A DNA stretch of 64,000 nucleotides from Octopus bimaculoides (lineage: Eukaryota): NCBI RefSeq assembly GCF_001194135.2, contig NC_068984.1, forward strand, positions 133,532,883 through 133,596,882, read 5' to 3'. Position numbers and translations under genes: made by a program. Position 1 is the first letter of the stretch; each line of letters starts with the position of its first letter. The notes below the pieces were generated by a model that worked only from the letters and a program-made list of their open reading frames with translations, did not search any database and was not told where the DNA came from. Of this stretch, positions 1-11,320 are shown one piece after another.

Positions 1-135
1 GGGGTTTTGTTAAAGGACTGATTGGCAGCCCAACCTTCCAAGTTCTTTTGCAGATATTAGAAAAAACTGAAAGGACTGCTGCAATATGTTGAATAAAATA
101 TTGTAATTAACTGATCCTTCTGTATTTTCGTTTAG

Positions 136-246
136 CAAAAGCCAGGAACTTTTCAGTACAAAAAATTACTCATGGAGGAGATAGATACTCTGGCTCAAAG
201 CATTTCTCAGACCGGAGTGGACAGAACTTATCAAAGCCTTCTCGAT
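136..246 (+). CDS. Probable internal coding exon of an unidentified plus-strand gene (QKPGTFQYKKLLMEEIDTLAQSISQTGVDRTYQSLLD)
   Basis: Pyrimidine-rich acceptor (tgtattttcgtttag) at 135 and donor GTGAGC at 247. 111 nt, phase 0-0, open frame. Protein not recognised. Confidence 0.5.
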
Positions 247-1823
247 GTGAGCTTCTATCTTTGTGTAGCAGGGTCTGCTAATGCATCCTTTTTTTTTTTT
301 TTTTTCCCCCCTCAAGCCTGTAGAATATTATTTGAACTTGGGTTCTCCTATTTTTTTTTTTTTGGTAGATTGACTAAAAAGTTTCATGATGGCATTCTCT
401 CTAATGGAAGACATTGCAGTTGTGATCGTTGTCCCTTTCTCAGATCCAGTGAACCAAGAACCACATTATTCAGTGTGTAACTTATCCACTACAATTTGAG
501 ATGTGGATGAAATACCACAGTAAAAAGAACCAATAACAAAAAGCATGTTTATATCGTGTGTATTTTTGTTTTGAAATGTGGTTTTCAAGGACACCTCTGT
601 GTATCATCAATTGTTCAACTACTTGAGAATAAATTGAGTCTTACACTTACACAAAGATATATCTACTTTGTGACGCATGTATGTGGCTAATCTTTGAGTA
701 CATCATGTGTATATGATCACATGAGAATTTTTTAATACAGTTTTGCCTATCTCTGTGAAGTATCTATGTAACCATTATGATACATTTGTATAAATATGTT
801 ATACATTTGTGATTCAGGTTCTGCTGAATTATTGTTGAGAGAGACAGATAATTAGACGAAGCAAAAGAGAAATAACGAGACAAAATGACCGATGGGTACT
901 GTGAAAGATCAGTGCAAGATTAAATTTGTTATCCTGGCTTCATAAACTATAAAATTAGGGTTGATTCATGACATATGCTTAAAATGTTATGTTGGTGTAC
1001 TTTTTGAATGACTATTTAGGCGTATCGTCTGTGCCTATATGTATGCTTTTGTACATACATATCTGTAGAATGTAACAAGTCTAGCTCCAAAGGAACACAA
1101 CATAAATTTTCTTTTTTAACTTTACTAGTACAATACATTTCTTCAGACATTGCTGTATTATCAAGCTTCTTCATATTACTCCTGAAACAAAATAAAATGG
1201 CCAAAAAGACGGTGTTCCTGTTTAATGTGATTACACTATGAGAAGTTTCTGTACTGTTTATCTCAGCAGGAATATTTCTGTTTTGGAATGCTCTAACATT
1301 AAGTCAGTGGACTGATTTTATTTCATTAGTTTCAGACAGTGTGATTACATTTGCCTTGTTGCAAAATGATGGTAATTGGGAAGCTGTAATTTTATAATTA
1401 CCCTTTGAAACTGCTGAACCTCTTTCAGTCCTATTGGAAACCTGTGGACTGTCATCTCTCAATGCCTGTCTGATGATTATAGATAGGAGACCAAGCTGAC
1501 CGTTAAAAGCATCAAGTACAACAACATAATCCTCAGGTCTTTCTTTTTTAGTGGTGCCATCTTCAATATAAGTCTCATTGCTATTTAGGACAAAGTTGAA
1601 TTGCATTGGTATGGTTTACTTCAGAATAACTAGTTTCAAGGGAACCGACCACCAACAACAGTTCATGAAATCTGCTACAATGCATATTCCTTAGTTCAAT
1701 TTAAAACTGAAAGCCTAAGCTACTTGATCAAAAAAACGCACTTTTACACAACTGATAATATTTGAAACAAAAACAATGTGAAATTTTCTTGATGCACCTG
1801 TAGGAACATAACTAATGACTGGC

Positions 1824-1952
1824 TTAACCCTCTAGTCTTCATTGTTTTGAATTAATCATGCATTATCTTGTGGCGGTGACTTAATTTTTAGAAAGATATT
1901 GTAGGGTTGATGTGAGAAACTAGATATGGCCGGTTTAAATATAAAGGGTTAA
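1824..1952. mobile_element. piggyBac-type MITE, internally deleted copy
   Basis: TTAA-CCCT ... AAAGGG-TTAA. Shares cattgttttgaattaatcatgcattatcttgt with the 35869 copy. Confidence 0.65.
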
Positions 1953-3512
1953 GATAAAATGGCAAAATTTCTAAGGCATCTATATCTTGTATTGCTGTCA
2001 CTAAACTTTGAAGGCAAATAGCTCACTGAACTGATATGTATTGGATTGGTGCATAATTATTGCACCTTTTTTTTCCGACAATAACAATATTTAACAAAAA
2101 CCTTTTTAGATGACTGTCTGCCAAGCAAATGGGAAGCAGTAAATGGTGAATATACTCTGGAATAATCATTTAAAGATGTTTTGAAAAAAAGCTGCAATAA
2201 TTATGTACCAACCCAATAACATTGGCAAAGATGCAGGAACAGTAGTAGGGCTGAAATAGTGTTTGATAATAATTTACAATGAATGAATTATGTGTAAAAA
2301 TGTTGCATTTGAATTGAATTGAACAGCAGAGGAACAAGCCTTTCAACAGCGTACCAACACTAGTTTTAGAAGGCTTTCATCAGACTACTGGATTGCAGAG
2401 ATTTCTTATGGAGGAAATTTCTGGTATCAATTAATGCATTCTCAGCAAGTGATTGAATCTGTGAATCTTATTTGAAAAAAAAAAACTAGCACCTGCTTGT
2501 GGTCTTTCTATAGACACTCCTATAGAAGGATTAATATGACTGATATTCCATTTGAATTTCAATCTGTAGTGAAGTTGCATTAGTGATTCTTTCATGTTAC
2601 CTTACATTAAAAGTTCCGTTAGTCTTCTATGGCTAGCTCCAAAGATCATTTTTGTGGAAGATCAAAAAGTATTCTTACAAACTGAACATGCTGAACACTT
2701 TACTCAAAAATTATTTTATTTCTCATTTTAGAAAAAAGATTATAACATGATATTTTGGTTTCAACAACTGAAAAGATTTTAAAACAACAGTTCAGTTATT
2801 CATGTTTTTGTTTTTCTCATAAACATTTAACTGGAGATTAAGAATGATTGTTCATAACAGAATAATGATTGAATGCTTTATGATTATTATCACACTGAGC
2901 ATTAATTACACCATTGCTCAGAAGAGAGTCAATGAATTATAATATAATTAGCAGGCATAAAATTATAGCTTGAAGCTAGTCTAACAACATTTCTCACACA
3001 AACTGACAACTCTCATATCAGCCGAAATTGTATAAAAAATGATTTTTCATTTTCCGGGATTTCATTTATCTTTTCTTTGTTTAATCAGCATATTTAATAT
3101 TAGGTTTAATTTCTGTGAGACTGGTGGAAAAGAAGCTTGACAAAAATATTACAAATTTTCATTTAGTTATCTACTTGTTTGCAATATCCTTTCTCCATTC
3201 ATCTGTCATTAACAATGTTTTATTAGTAGGGCTGGGGTTTAGGCTTAATCAAGAAGCAACACCTTTGAGTTGGCAAAGGCAATTGAAAAAATATAATATA
3301 AATTCTATTAACAGAAGAAAAAGAAAAACAGTTTTTCTCACCAAAAACTAAAAAGAAATCTTTGTTGTCAAAAAAAAAATCAGTTTAAAAAGCTAATTAA
3401 AATGTAAATAAAACCGGGAGATACATCAAGAATGAAATTAAGTAGAAATGATTATCCAGTATCGAATTTAACTTAAAACCAAGTTGGGGTGGGGGGATAA
3501 CAGCAATGATCT

Positions 3513-3518
3513 TTTATT
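3513..3518 (-). terminator. Candidate GCLC proximal polyA signal (AATAAA) overlapping the stop codon
   Basis: The minus strand reads GCT AGC TAA ATAAAA, so AATAAA shares a base with the TAA. Usage is unknown. Confidence 0.35.
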
Positions 3519-3762
3519 TAGCTAGCATAGATTTTTCGGTTTAGATTAGCTTCAGCTTTAGAAACAGCAGCAGGGATGTTATCTCGTGTACGGCTATGAT
3601 ACTTGAAAAATAGTTGTGGACATTCATGTTGTCCATTGGCAATTTTGTCACATTCCATCATCAAATCGTAGTTGATTTTATCACTGACCACCGAATCATT
3701 TTTGTAATCTTCATGGTTGGTAACAAACTGTCTTGTCCACTGAGCCATTGTCAAGAGATCTC
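3518..3762 (-). CDS. GCLC: GCLC terminal coding exon 16 (GDLLTMAQWTRQFVTNHEDYKNDSVVSDKINYDLMMEC...RKIYAS*)
   Basis: Acceptor aaacAG at 3764-3763, phase 1. Matches vertebrate GELMTVARWMREFIANHPDYKQDSVITDEMNYSL. TAA at 3520-3518. Confidence 0.95.
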
Positions 3763-4876
3763 CTGTTTAATATCAGAAACATAAAAGCATTTATAATTCT
3801 GTACATTTTGTTTGTTAAACATTTCCCAAAAAAGATGGAAATGACAAGAAAATTATTCATATAAGTCACTTATCTTGCCTCTTTTTTTTTTTTTTCTAAA
3901 ACATTTACAAGACATTGAAAGTTCACTGATTAGATGTAAATTTTATTTATTCATATATATATATATATAAGCCTAGTTGTAGCATAGGCTTAATCTCTTT
4001 AGTTACAAGTGTTTGTGAAGGAAGATGCTGTCACAATATTCTAAGAAAAAATAAAAACAAATTTTAAACCAGAGTTGGGAGGAAGATTTTGTATTCACTC
4101 TCAAAGAAGATGAAAACTCTTGGTGTCTCATTTACCATGTATTGCTTAGTCATTACAAAGCCAGGAACTTGAAAACCCACTCACTAAGAAGCAAATAAAT
4201 AAATTTTTCGTATGATTACCATCCAAAATCAGAATAAAGAGTTTTTACAAAGATAGACATCGTCAAGAAACTTCAATCACTTGTCCAATCTGATTAGGAA
4301 AGTAAATGCATTGCATGATATTGAAATAAAAGACTATAAACTGGAGGAAGATTGGTTACAAGGAGTGATTCATTTTTCCTAACCAGGTGAGATGGCCTAC
4401 AAAAGGTCAGGCCTGGCTTCACCTTGTAAATCTTGCCATAGCTGGTGTGGGTCAATGATGGTTGTCGTTATTTGACGTAAAAATAGGACTGATTAAAGAG
4501 AACCTGGGTCTAAAGATGATCCACAAATCCTAGTCTAAAAGTAAGTTCTGGAAACAAGTTCCAAAAATAAAACAGAAAAACTCTGAGCTGAAGAAAACTA
4601 GCATGTGATTCATCTTAATTTTCATTCCAAAAGAATGTTCTACAGCTCAGTGGTTTGAAATGAAAAGACCAGTGGAATAAAGCACTTTCCTTGAAAACAA
4701 AGGCTGGCATAAAGAAGGATTAGTAAAGACTGCCTCAAGAAGATTTATTTAACTGATTAAAATGGATGTGAAAATGCTAACAATGATATGACAATATTAC
4801 TGCGCATTACTCACTGTACTTTGTAAAAGTTTGTAAAGTCAAATCTCTTCCACAACCAGTATACAGTCCAGACATA

Positions 4877-5361
4877 GCTAAGTCTGGACGACATGCTGAG
4901 CATGGAATCAGCTCAGTCCCCTCAAGTTCCTAGAATTTATTCCAGGTCATTTGAGCCGTATGAGGTCTTGCATTGTCGTGCTGCAGAAGAGCTCACTTTC
5001 TGTTAACGATGCCAGGTATTTTTGCTGCACAATAGCATACAACTTGCTCCAGCTGTTCAGAGTACATGTCGGCATTGGTGATTCGACTGTCCAGAATAAA
5101 TTCAGTGAATTATCCCCTCATAATTCCACCAGACGCAGAGCATCACCTTGTGTTCAAAACACCCATGTTTGGCAACAGGTTTTAAAAACCGGCCCTTGCT
5201 CAACCACTTGCATGTTAGGATTGCAGAAAAATATCTGCCTTGGATTATTACTTGTTCCATTTCATGGCTCACTTCATGTGTTTGCAACACTTCACCAACC
5301 AAAAGGAGGTGGAAGCTTTAGTAAAGAAGTTCTTTACCTCCAAGGACAAGAACTGGTATCA
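4877..5361. mobile_element. Decayed mariner (DD34D) transposase fragment with internal inversion
   Basis: Minus strand 5225-4877: KWLSKG..KPVAK..HKVMLCVWWN..GIIH...QHDNARPHTA...PDLA. Plus strand 5230-5361 continues it: LDYYLFHFMAHF...FFTSKDKNWY. Contains stops. Confidence 0.85.
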
Positions 5362-5754
5362 TGTTGTTGTTGTTGTTGGCACTCCGTCGCTTACGACATC
5401 GAAGGTTCCAGTTGATACGATCAAGGGAACAGCCTGCTCGTGAAATTAACGTGCAAGTGGCTGAGCACTCCACAGACACGTGTACCCTTAACGTAGTTCT
5501 CAGGGATATTCAGCGTGACACATTGTGACAAGGCTGACCCTTTGAATTACAGGCACAGCAGAAACAGGAAGTAAGAGTGAGAGAAAGTTGTGGTGGAAGA
5601 GTACAGCAGGGTTCGTCACCATCCCCTGCCAGAGCGTCGTGGAGCTTTAGGTATTTTCACTCAATAAACACTCACAACGCCTGGTCTGGGAATCGAAACC
5701 GCAATCCTATGACCACGAGTCTGCTGCCCTAACCACTGGGCCATTGCGCCTCCA
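5362..5754 (-). mobile_element. tRNA-derived SINE (~380-bp family, copy 1) inserted into the mariner remnant
   Basis: tRNA-like head TGGAGGCGCAATGGCCCAGTGGTTAGGGCAGC..GTTTCGATTCCC and (CAA)n tail. Near-identical to the copies at 29194 and 40672. Flanks actggtatca / actaggtatca resemble a TSD. Confidence 0.88.
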
Positions 5755-5769
5755 CTAGGTATCAGTGTA

Positions 5770-5814
<45 letters not shown>

Positions 5815-6431
5815 TTTTTTTTTTAACTGGCAGAAAGGTGGCTTCAGACAGTGGACCTTGGTGGTCCCTATTCTGAATGCTAGACTACTTTTGTTGTAAC
5901 TTGAATAAAGCAAATAAATTACCAAAATATTGCAAAACTTTTAACTCAACACAATATTATGTTAAAGTCAAGCAAGGGTTGTAACTATGTTAATTACTAA
6001 CTAAATACATTGCATAATATATAGATATTTGTGTGTGTGTATGTGTCATCATCAGCATTTTAACGTCCACTTTTCCATGCTTGTAAGGGTCAGATGGTGT
6101 TTACCAAGGCAGGTTTTCCTTTGGACAGATGCTTTCCCTGTCACCAGCTGTCAACTGCTTCCAAACAAGGTAGTATTTCCCCATAGCCAAACATGTTTTC
6201 ACAGAGAACTAGAAATGAATGACCAATCACACACACACAGAGGCTAAGTAGTCAAGTATTAGACAACCGATTCCTTGACTACGAATTCAAACCTTTTTGT
6301 TGTAACTTGCCTTTGGGCAAGTTACATAACTCTTGATGTAGTTTAGCTAAAAGAAACTCTATTCTAGCATTAAGGATAAGTGCTTAGCGATAGGAAGAAC
6401 ATTCAAATGCAAAAACAAAGGCTATAGTAAC

Positions 6432-6693
6432 CAGGGCCGTGGAGTCAGAGTCAGAAACAATTAAGGGGTAGCTGGATTTGGAGTCGGTAAAACTATACAG
6501 ACTCTGACTCACAATATCTTTATTCTTTAATACAAACCAGTTATAAGATATAACCCTACTCAAAGTACAAGCACAGGCATATATGCTTTATGAGATATGT
6601 AGACCACAATCACTTAATTACATAAAGAGGAGTCGGAGGTGCCAATAGTAGAGGAGTTGGAGTTGAAGTTTTTGTTTCGACTCCACAGCCCTG
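6432..6693. mobile_element. hAT-type MITE, copy 1
   Basis: TIRs CAGGGCCGTGGAGTC ... GACTCCACAGCCCTG. 8-bp flanks atagtaac / atattcac. A second copy lies at 51095. Confidence 0.8.
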
Positions 6694-8182
6694 ATATTCA
6701 CACGCAAATAGGCAGAGCATTCAAGTGTGACAAGGAAAACCTTACTCATAAAGAAATACAGCATTCAAGTGTAAAAACAAAAACCCTAACACAAAAGTAG
6801 ACATAGCATTCAATCGGGTGTAAAACAAGTAAGATAATGAACTAAAATATGACATATTTTGATGAGACAAATATCAGTGTTACAGCTGATCCTGTGTGGG
6901 ACGGTGGAGAATAAAGTGTGTTGACAGCTTGGGTCACATGGATACAACAGTATTCCAAATGTGGCAAATACATAATTAAAACAATCAAAGCAGTTTTGCA
7001 CAGGTTGTGAAAAGTCTTCTAGCTAATTACTCATTATCTACATTAAGAATTTCCTGACTATATAGTAATAAAGGTGACCATTAGCTATACAGAAGAAGAA
7101 GAGTTACTTCTACATGTCAGCTCAGCTGACGCCAGTTTTCATTATAATAACGAACTACATTTTACAATTAAATGAAAACTAAATCATGATTTTACCTTTT
7201 ATCATTTACTTGTTACAGTCATTGAACTGTGGCCATGCTGGGGCACTGCCTTGGGGTTTAGTTGAACAAATCGACCCCAGTATTAAATACAATAAATTAT
7301 TTTGCTTCATGTTCTGCTCTCTGCCCAATGATTTCTAGCATTGGTTCAAAACCATAGATTTTAAAATAGGGTAAAGACCCCCTTCGGTCATGAACGACCA
7401 TGGGATTGTACCTAGAAAGTTAACCTCTAAGGCACAAGTTCAGGCAAGGTTGTTTATGGAAGACCAACAGTTACCCATTCATACCAGCCTCCAATGTTAT
7501 CCAAAGGAAAGGCAAAGACCGATACAGCTTGGCACCAGTAACATCATAATTCATTTCTACAGTTGAGTGAACTGGAGCAACGTGAAATAAAGTGTCTTGC
7601 TCAAGAACACAACACACAGCCTGGTCCAGGAATCGAACTCACTACCTCATGATTGTGAGCTCTAACCACTGATTAATTCATTGGTACTTATCATATCAAC
7701 TGGGATTTGGTCACAGAAAGTAGAAAGATGGAAATAAACACAGTACATTTTTTAGATCAACACTGTTTCTGCTTTTCCTTCACTAATATTATAATCACGG
7801 TAATAATTTCTTACATTTCAAGAAGATTAATTTTGAAGAGGATGCCGTTGATAAAAATGACACCAGCACTTAGCTGAGACATCTATCCTTATTTGTCGTG
7901 AGTGTTTTGTTCCAAAAAACACCATGTTAAATGGATCAGAGGTAAATGAATACTAAAACATATGGAAAAAATAGGTTTCATTCCGAATCCCCAAGTCTTC
8001 CTGGGCATTGTGGGTGGTTGCTGGGGTGTCCAAGAAGAATCTTCGACTGATTGCCGACCCATGTTATCATGGATCAATTTGTGATAAGCATAACACAACT
8101 TACAACTGATTGTTTCATGTCACCTGCATGAGTAACGAACGAACCAGTAATAAACAAAGGTAGATGTATTTATTTCATCAAA

Positions 8183-8482
8183 CATCATCATCATCATCGT
8201 TTAACGTCCGCTTTGCATCCTAGCATGGGTTGGACGATTTGACTGAGGACTGGCGAATCAGATGGCTGCACCAGGCTCCAATCTGATTTGGCAGAGTTTC
8301 TACAGCTGGATGCCCTTCCTAACGCCAACCACTCCGAGAGTGTAGTGGGTGATTTTTATATGCCACTGGCACGAAGGCCAGTCAGGCAGTACTGGCAACG
8401 GCCACGCTCAAAATGGTGTATTTTACGTGCCACCTTCACACGAGCCAGTCCAGCAGCACTGGCAACAATCTCGCTCGGATGT
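8183..8482 (-). mobile_element. Abundant retroposon with (TGA)n tail (SINE or LINE 3' end)
   Basis: Reverse complement of the copy at 55391-55675. Partial copies at ~8738, 9690, 12500, 46080, 47825 and 62600. Confidence 0.75.
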
Positions 8483-8613
8483 CTTTAATCCCTGGTAATA
8501 TTTGAACTTATAAAACAGGTGTCTTAGTAGTAGACAAAAAAAAAATCTGTTAACTGTTAGTCATTAAGATTCTAAGTATTCACTATGTTGAATATAAAAC
8601 ATTATAACATATT

Positions 8614-8656
8614 NNNNNNNNNNNNNNNNNNNNNNNNNNNNNNNNNNNNNNNNNNN
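8614..8656. other. Assembly gap cutting GCLC exon 15
   Basis: 43 N. Confidence 0.98.
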
Positions 8657-8708
8657 CAATGTAATCTAAATATTTGTTGACCATAGGAACTAAACCAGGG
8701 AAATCTTC
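8657..8708 (-). CDS. GCLC: GCLC exon 15, 5' part only (EDFPGLVPMVNKYLDYI...), truncated by N-gap
   Basis: Acceptor tttcttttacAG at 8710-8709, phase 0. Matches EGVFPGLIPILNSYLENM. The remainder falls in the gap at 8614-8656. Confidence 0.9.
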
Positions 8709-8904
8709 CTGTAAAAGAAATCATTTCATCTGAAGGATCATCATCATCATGGTTTAACGTCCGCTTTCCATGCTAGCATGGGTTGGACGATTTGACTGAG
8801 GACTGGTGAACCAAGTGGCTACACCAGGCTCCAATCTGATTTGGCAGAGTTTCAACCATGTAGTTGGTAAGCAAGCTACTTACCACACAGCCACTTCTGT
8901 GCCT

Positions 8905-8956
<52 letters not shown>

Positions 8957-9469
8957 CACTTTTTAAAGTCATCTCTGCAGATTAGAGCCAGCAGTGAAAG
9001 TTATGATGCTTTGTATACAAATATGTCTATGTAAACAATGCAACTGAAGATAGAAAAATCAGTAATGGCTGTATATGCATATTTCAGGAATTCTAGCTCC
9101 TTCTTCAGCACCACACTCGACTCACTGACCAGACACATTAATAGGCACAGGCATGGTTACGTGGCTAAGAATTTTGCTTCTGAACCAAAAGGTTTCAAAT
9201 TCAGTTTCACGCCCCAGCATCTTGCGTTCTACTATATCTTCAAGCTGACCAAAACCTTGCAAATGGATGCCCTTCCAAATGCCAACCACTTTACAGTGTG
9301 GACTGGGTGCTTTTTAAGTGGTTCCTAAACTGGCAAGGTCACCAAGTAACTTTGCAAGACAAGTAGTCTTCGAGAGAGGAGGAGGCATTGGAGGAGGTGA
9401 TCTTGTGTCAGATGATGAAAGATTAGAGATGTTTATAATATTAAAATGTTGTAAAAGTTAGAATCTTAC

Positions 9470-9567
9470 TTTTCCATTAATGATTTCATTTATTGTCATC
9501 AGGGTGTATTTTTCATTGATCCGTTCACAACAACCAGCACATTCTGCAGCCTCGGGTGGTGAGTTCA
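9470..9567 (-). CDS. GCLC: GCLC exon 14 ((V)NSPPEAAECAGCCERINEKYTLMTINEIINGK)
   Basis: ttttgacAG acceptor and GTAAGA donor. 98 nt, phase 1-0. Matches EEYTLMSIDTIINGK. Confidence 0.93.
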
Positions 9568-10554
9568 CTGTCAAAAAGTGATTACAAATATTAAGCAACA
9601 GATATTACTGATATTAAAGCCAAAGCTAAACAAGAAATTTTCATTAATTAATGAAGACCTATAGTAAGATATTCGAATATCATCATCATTCATTATCATT
9701 CGATGTCTGTTTCCCATGTTGGCATCAGTTGGACAGTTTGACAAGATCAGACAAAGCTGTGGAGCTGCATCAGGCTCCAGTGTCAGGTAGATGCTTTTCC
9801 TAGTGCCGACCATTTAACAGAGTGTACAGGGTACTTTTTTGGGGGACACCAACATTACTGAAGAAGTAAAAGTGCAGCAAGGGTCACAAAACAAAACATT
9901 GCCATCTTCTTAGGTCTCACATATCCTTTGTATTGGAGAGCCTCATATAGTCTACATATGTTGTTGGCACTTCTCCTGTCAATAAATCGCCCATTCACTT
10001 CATACCTCTGAAGCCAAGAGAAATAAAGATGTCCCTTACTTGAAAAACAGGTAAGGGTTACTGATAGAAAGGGCATCTGGCTGTAAAAAACAATACCTCA
10101 ATAATATATTAGGCTAACCAAGTAGTTGATAATATGTTGTTGTACAATAGGTTGGTGTCAGTAGAGAAGGAGTATCAAACTGGTATAAGTATTTGAATAA
10201 ACCTCCAATGTTTAAAATACACCATGAAAGTTTATATGCCTGTATTGATTTACATAAGTTATTAGTGTAATGCATTGGGAAAATACAACACAACGTTAAA
10301 GACATAAGCTCATTAAGAAAGAGTTAAAACAGATTATTAGATTTTTTTGTCTTCCTTTTAAATTTGACTGAAAAATTTGGAAGTTTATGTGAATATCATA
10401 TATCAATTATCTTTTATTGAGATAAAAGCCTTCCACCCTGCTCTTGTTCTTGAGATTACATTATCCATGTCTCAACACATATTCTTAACTTTATGCTTCA
10501 AGAAGATGTATTCCTTTAGCATCCCAATTTTATTGCTTCCCACCTCTGTCTGAT

Positions 10555-10900
10555 TTTGTGCTATGAAGAGAGAAGAACATCATTGATTGGCAACGACACA
10601 AAGCACCATGAAAAGGTCCATGCAAGGACTTTCATTATGAGAGCATATCCAAAATGAAGTAATTCAAGAATGAAGCAAAGTGAATGACGTCATTGCAGAA
10701 TACCAAAAGCGCAAGTTCTGCAGGGCCAGACATGTCACAAGGTTCAGAGACAACAAGTGGACCCATGAAATTGCCAAGTGGTATACAAGAGGTTGGAAAG
10801 AGATACTGTTGTGGAGGACAACCCAAGTAAGAGAAGTGGGCTGTTCTACCACAAATAAATAGTGGACAGACACAGCAAGTGGAGTCAGATGGCAAGGTGC
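10555..10900 (+). mobile_element. RTE-clade LINE 3' coding remnant
   Basis: Translates LATTQSTMKRSMQGLSL*EHIQNEVIQE*SKVNDVIAEYQKRK..ARHVTRFRDNKWT..WY. This resembles the RTE C-terminal pattern AMERSMLG.SL..HIRNE.IR..WAGHV.R..DNRWT. Confidence 0.78.
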
Positions 10901-11017
10901 GCCATTCAGGCCAGTTGCGCAGACGACGAAGTTCGCTGTTATAATGTGGGACATATCAGTGTTGACCAAGACAACAGTGGCGATGAGAATTCGAACACAT
11001 GCAAGACATAACAGTGT

Positions 11018-11320
11018 TAAAGAAGGATTTCGAACACACACAGTGAAAAATATTAAAAATTGCTACTGAAGAAGGATTTTAACTAAAAACATTAAAAATT
11101 CTGTTGAAGAAGGATTTGAACTATACACAGTAAAAAAAATATTCTAAAATCTTGAAGAAGGATTTCGAACACACGTAGTGAAAAATATTAAAAAATCCTG
11201 TTGAAGGATTCGAACTACATACAGTGAAAAATAGTAAAACTCCTGTTGAAGAAGGATTAGAACCACACGCAGTGGAAAATATTAAAAATCCTGTTGACGA
11301 AGGTTTCGAACACACGCAAG
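11018..11320. repeat. Degenerate ~48-bp tandem minisatellite (~6-7 units)
   Basis: Recurring GAAGAAGGATTTCGAACACAC.CAGTGAAAAATATTAAAAA.CCTGTT. Confidence 0.8.

Noticed and set aside
908-945. SECIS-like ATGAA...AAA...TGAT on the minus strand, downstream of the TGA-interrupted ORF
   Set aside because: Only 15 nt separate the AA from the closing GA (canonical is ~18-27), and helix II pairs poorly.
4951-5415. 154-aa plus-strand ORF
   Set aside because: Antisense shadow of the mariner remnant, running into a SINE.
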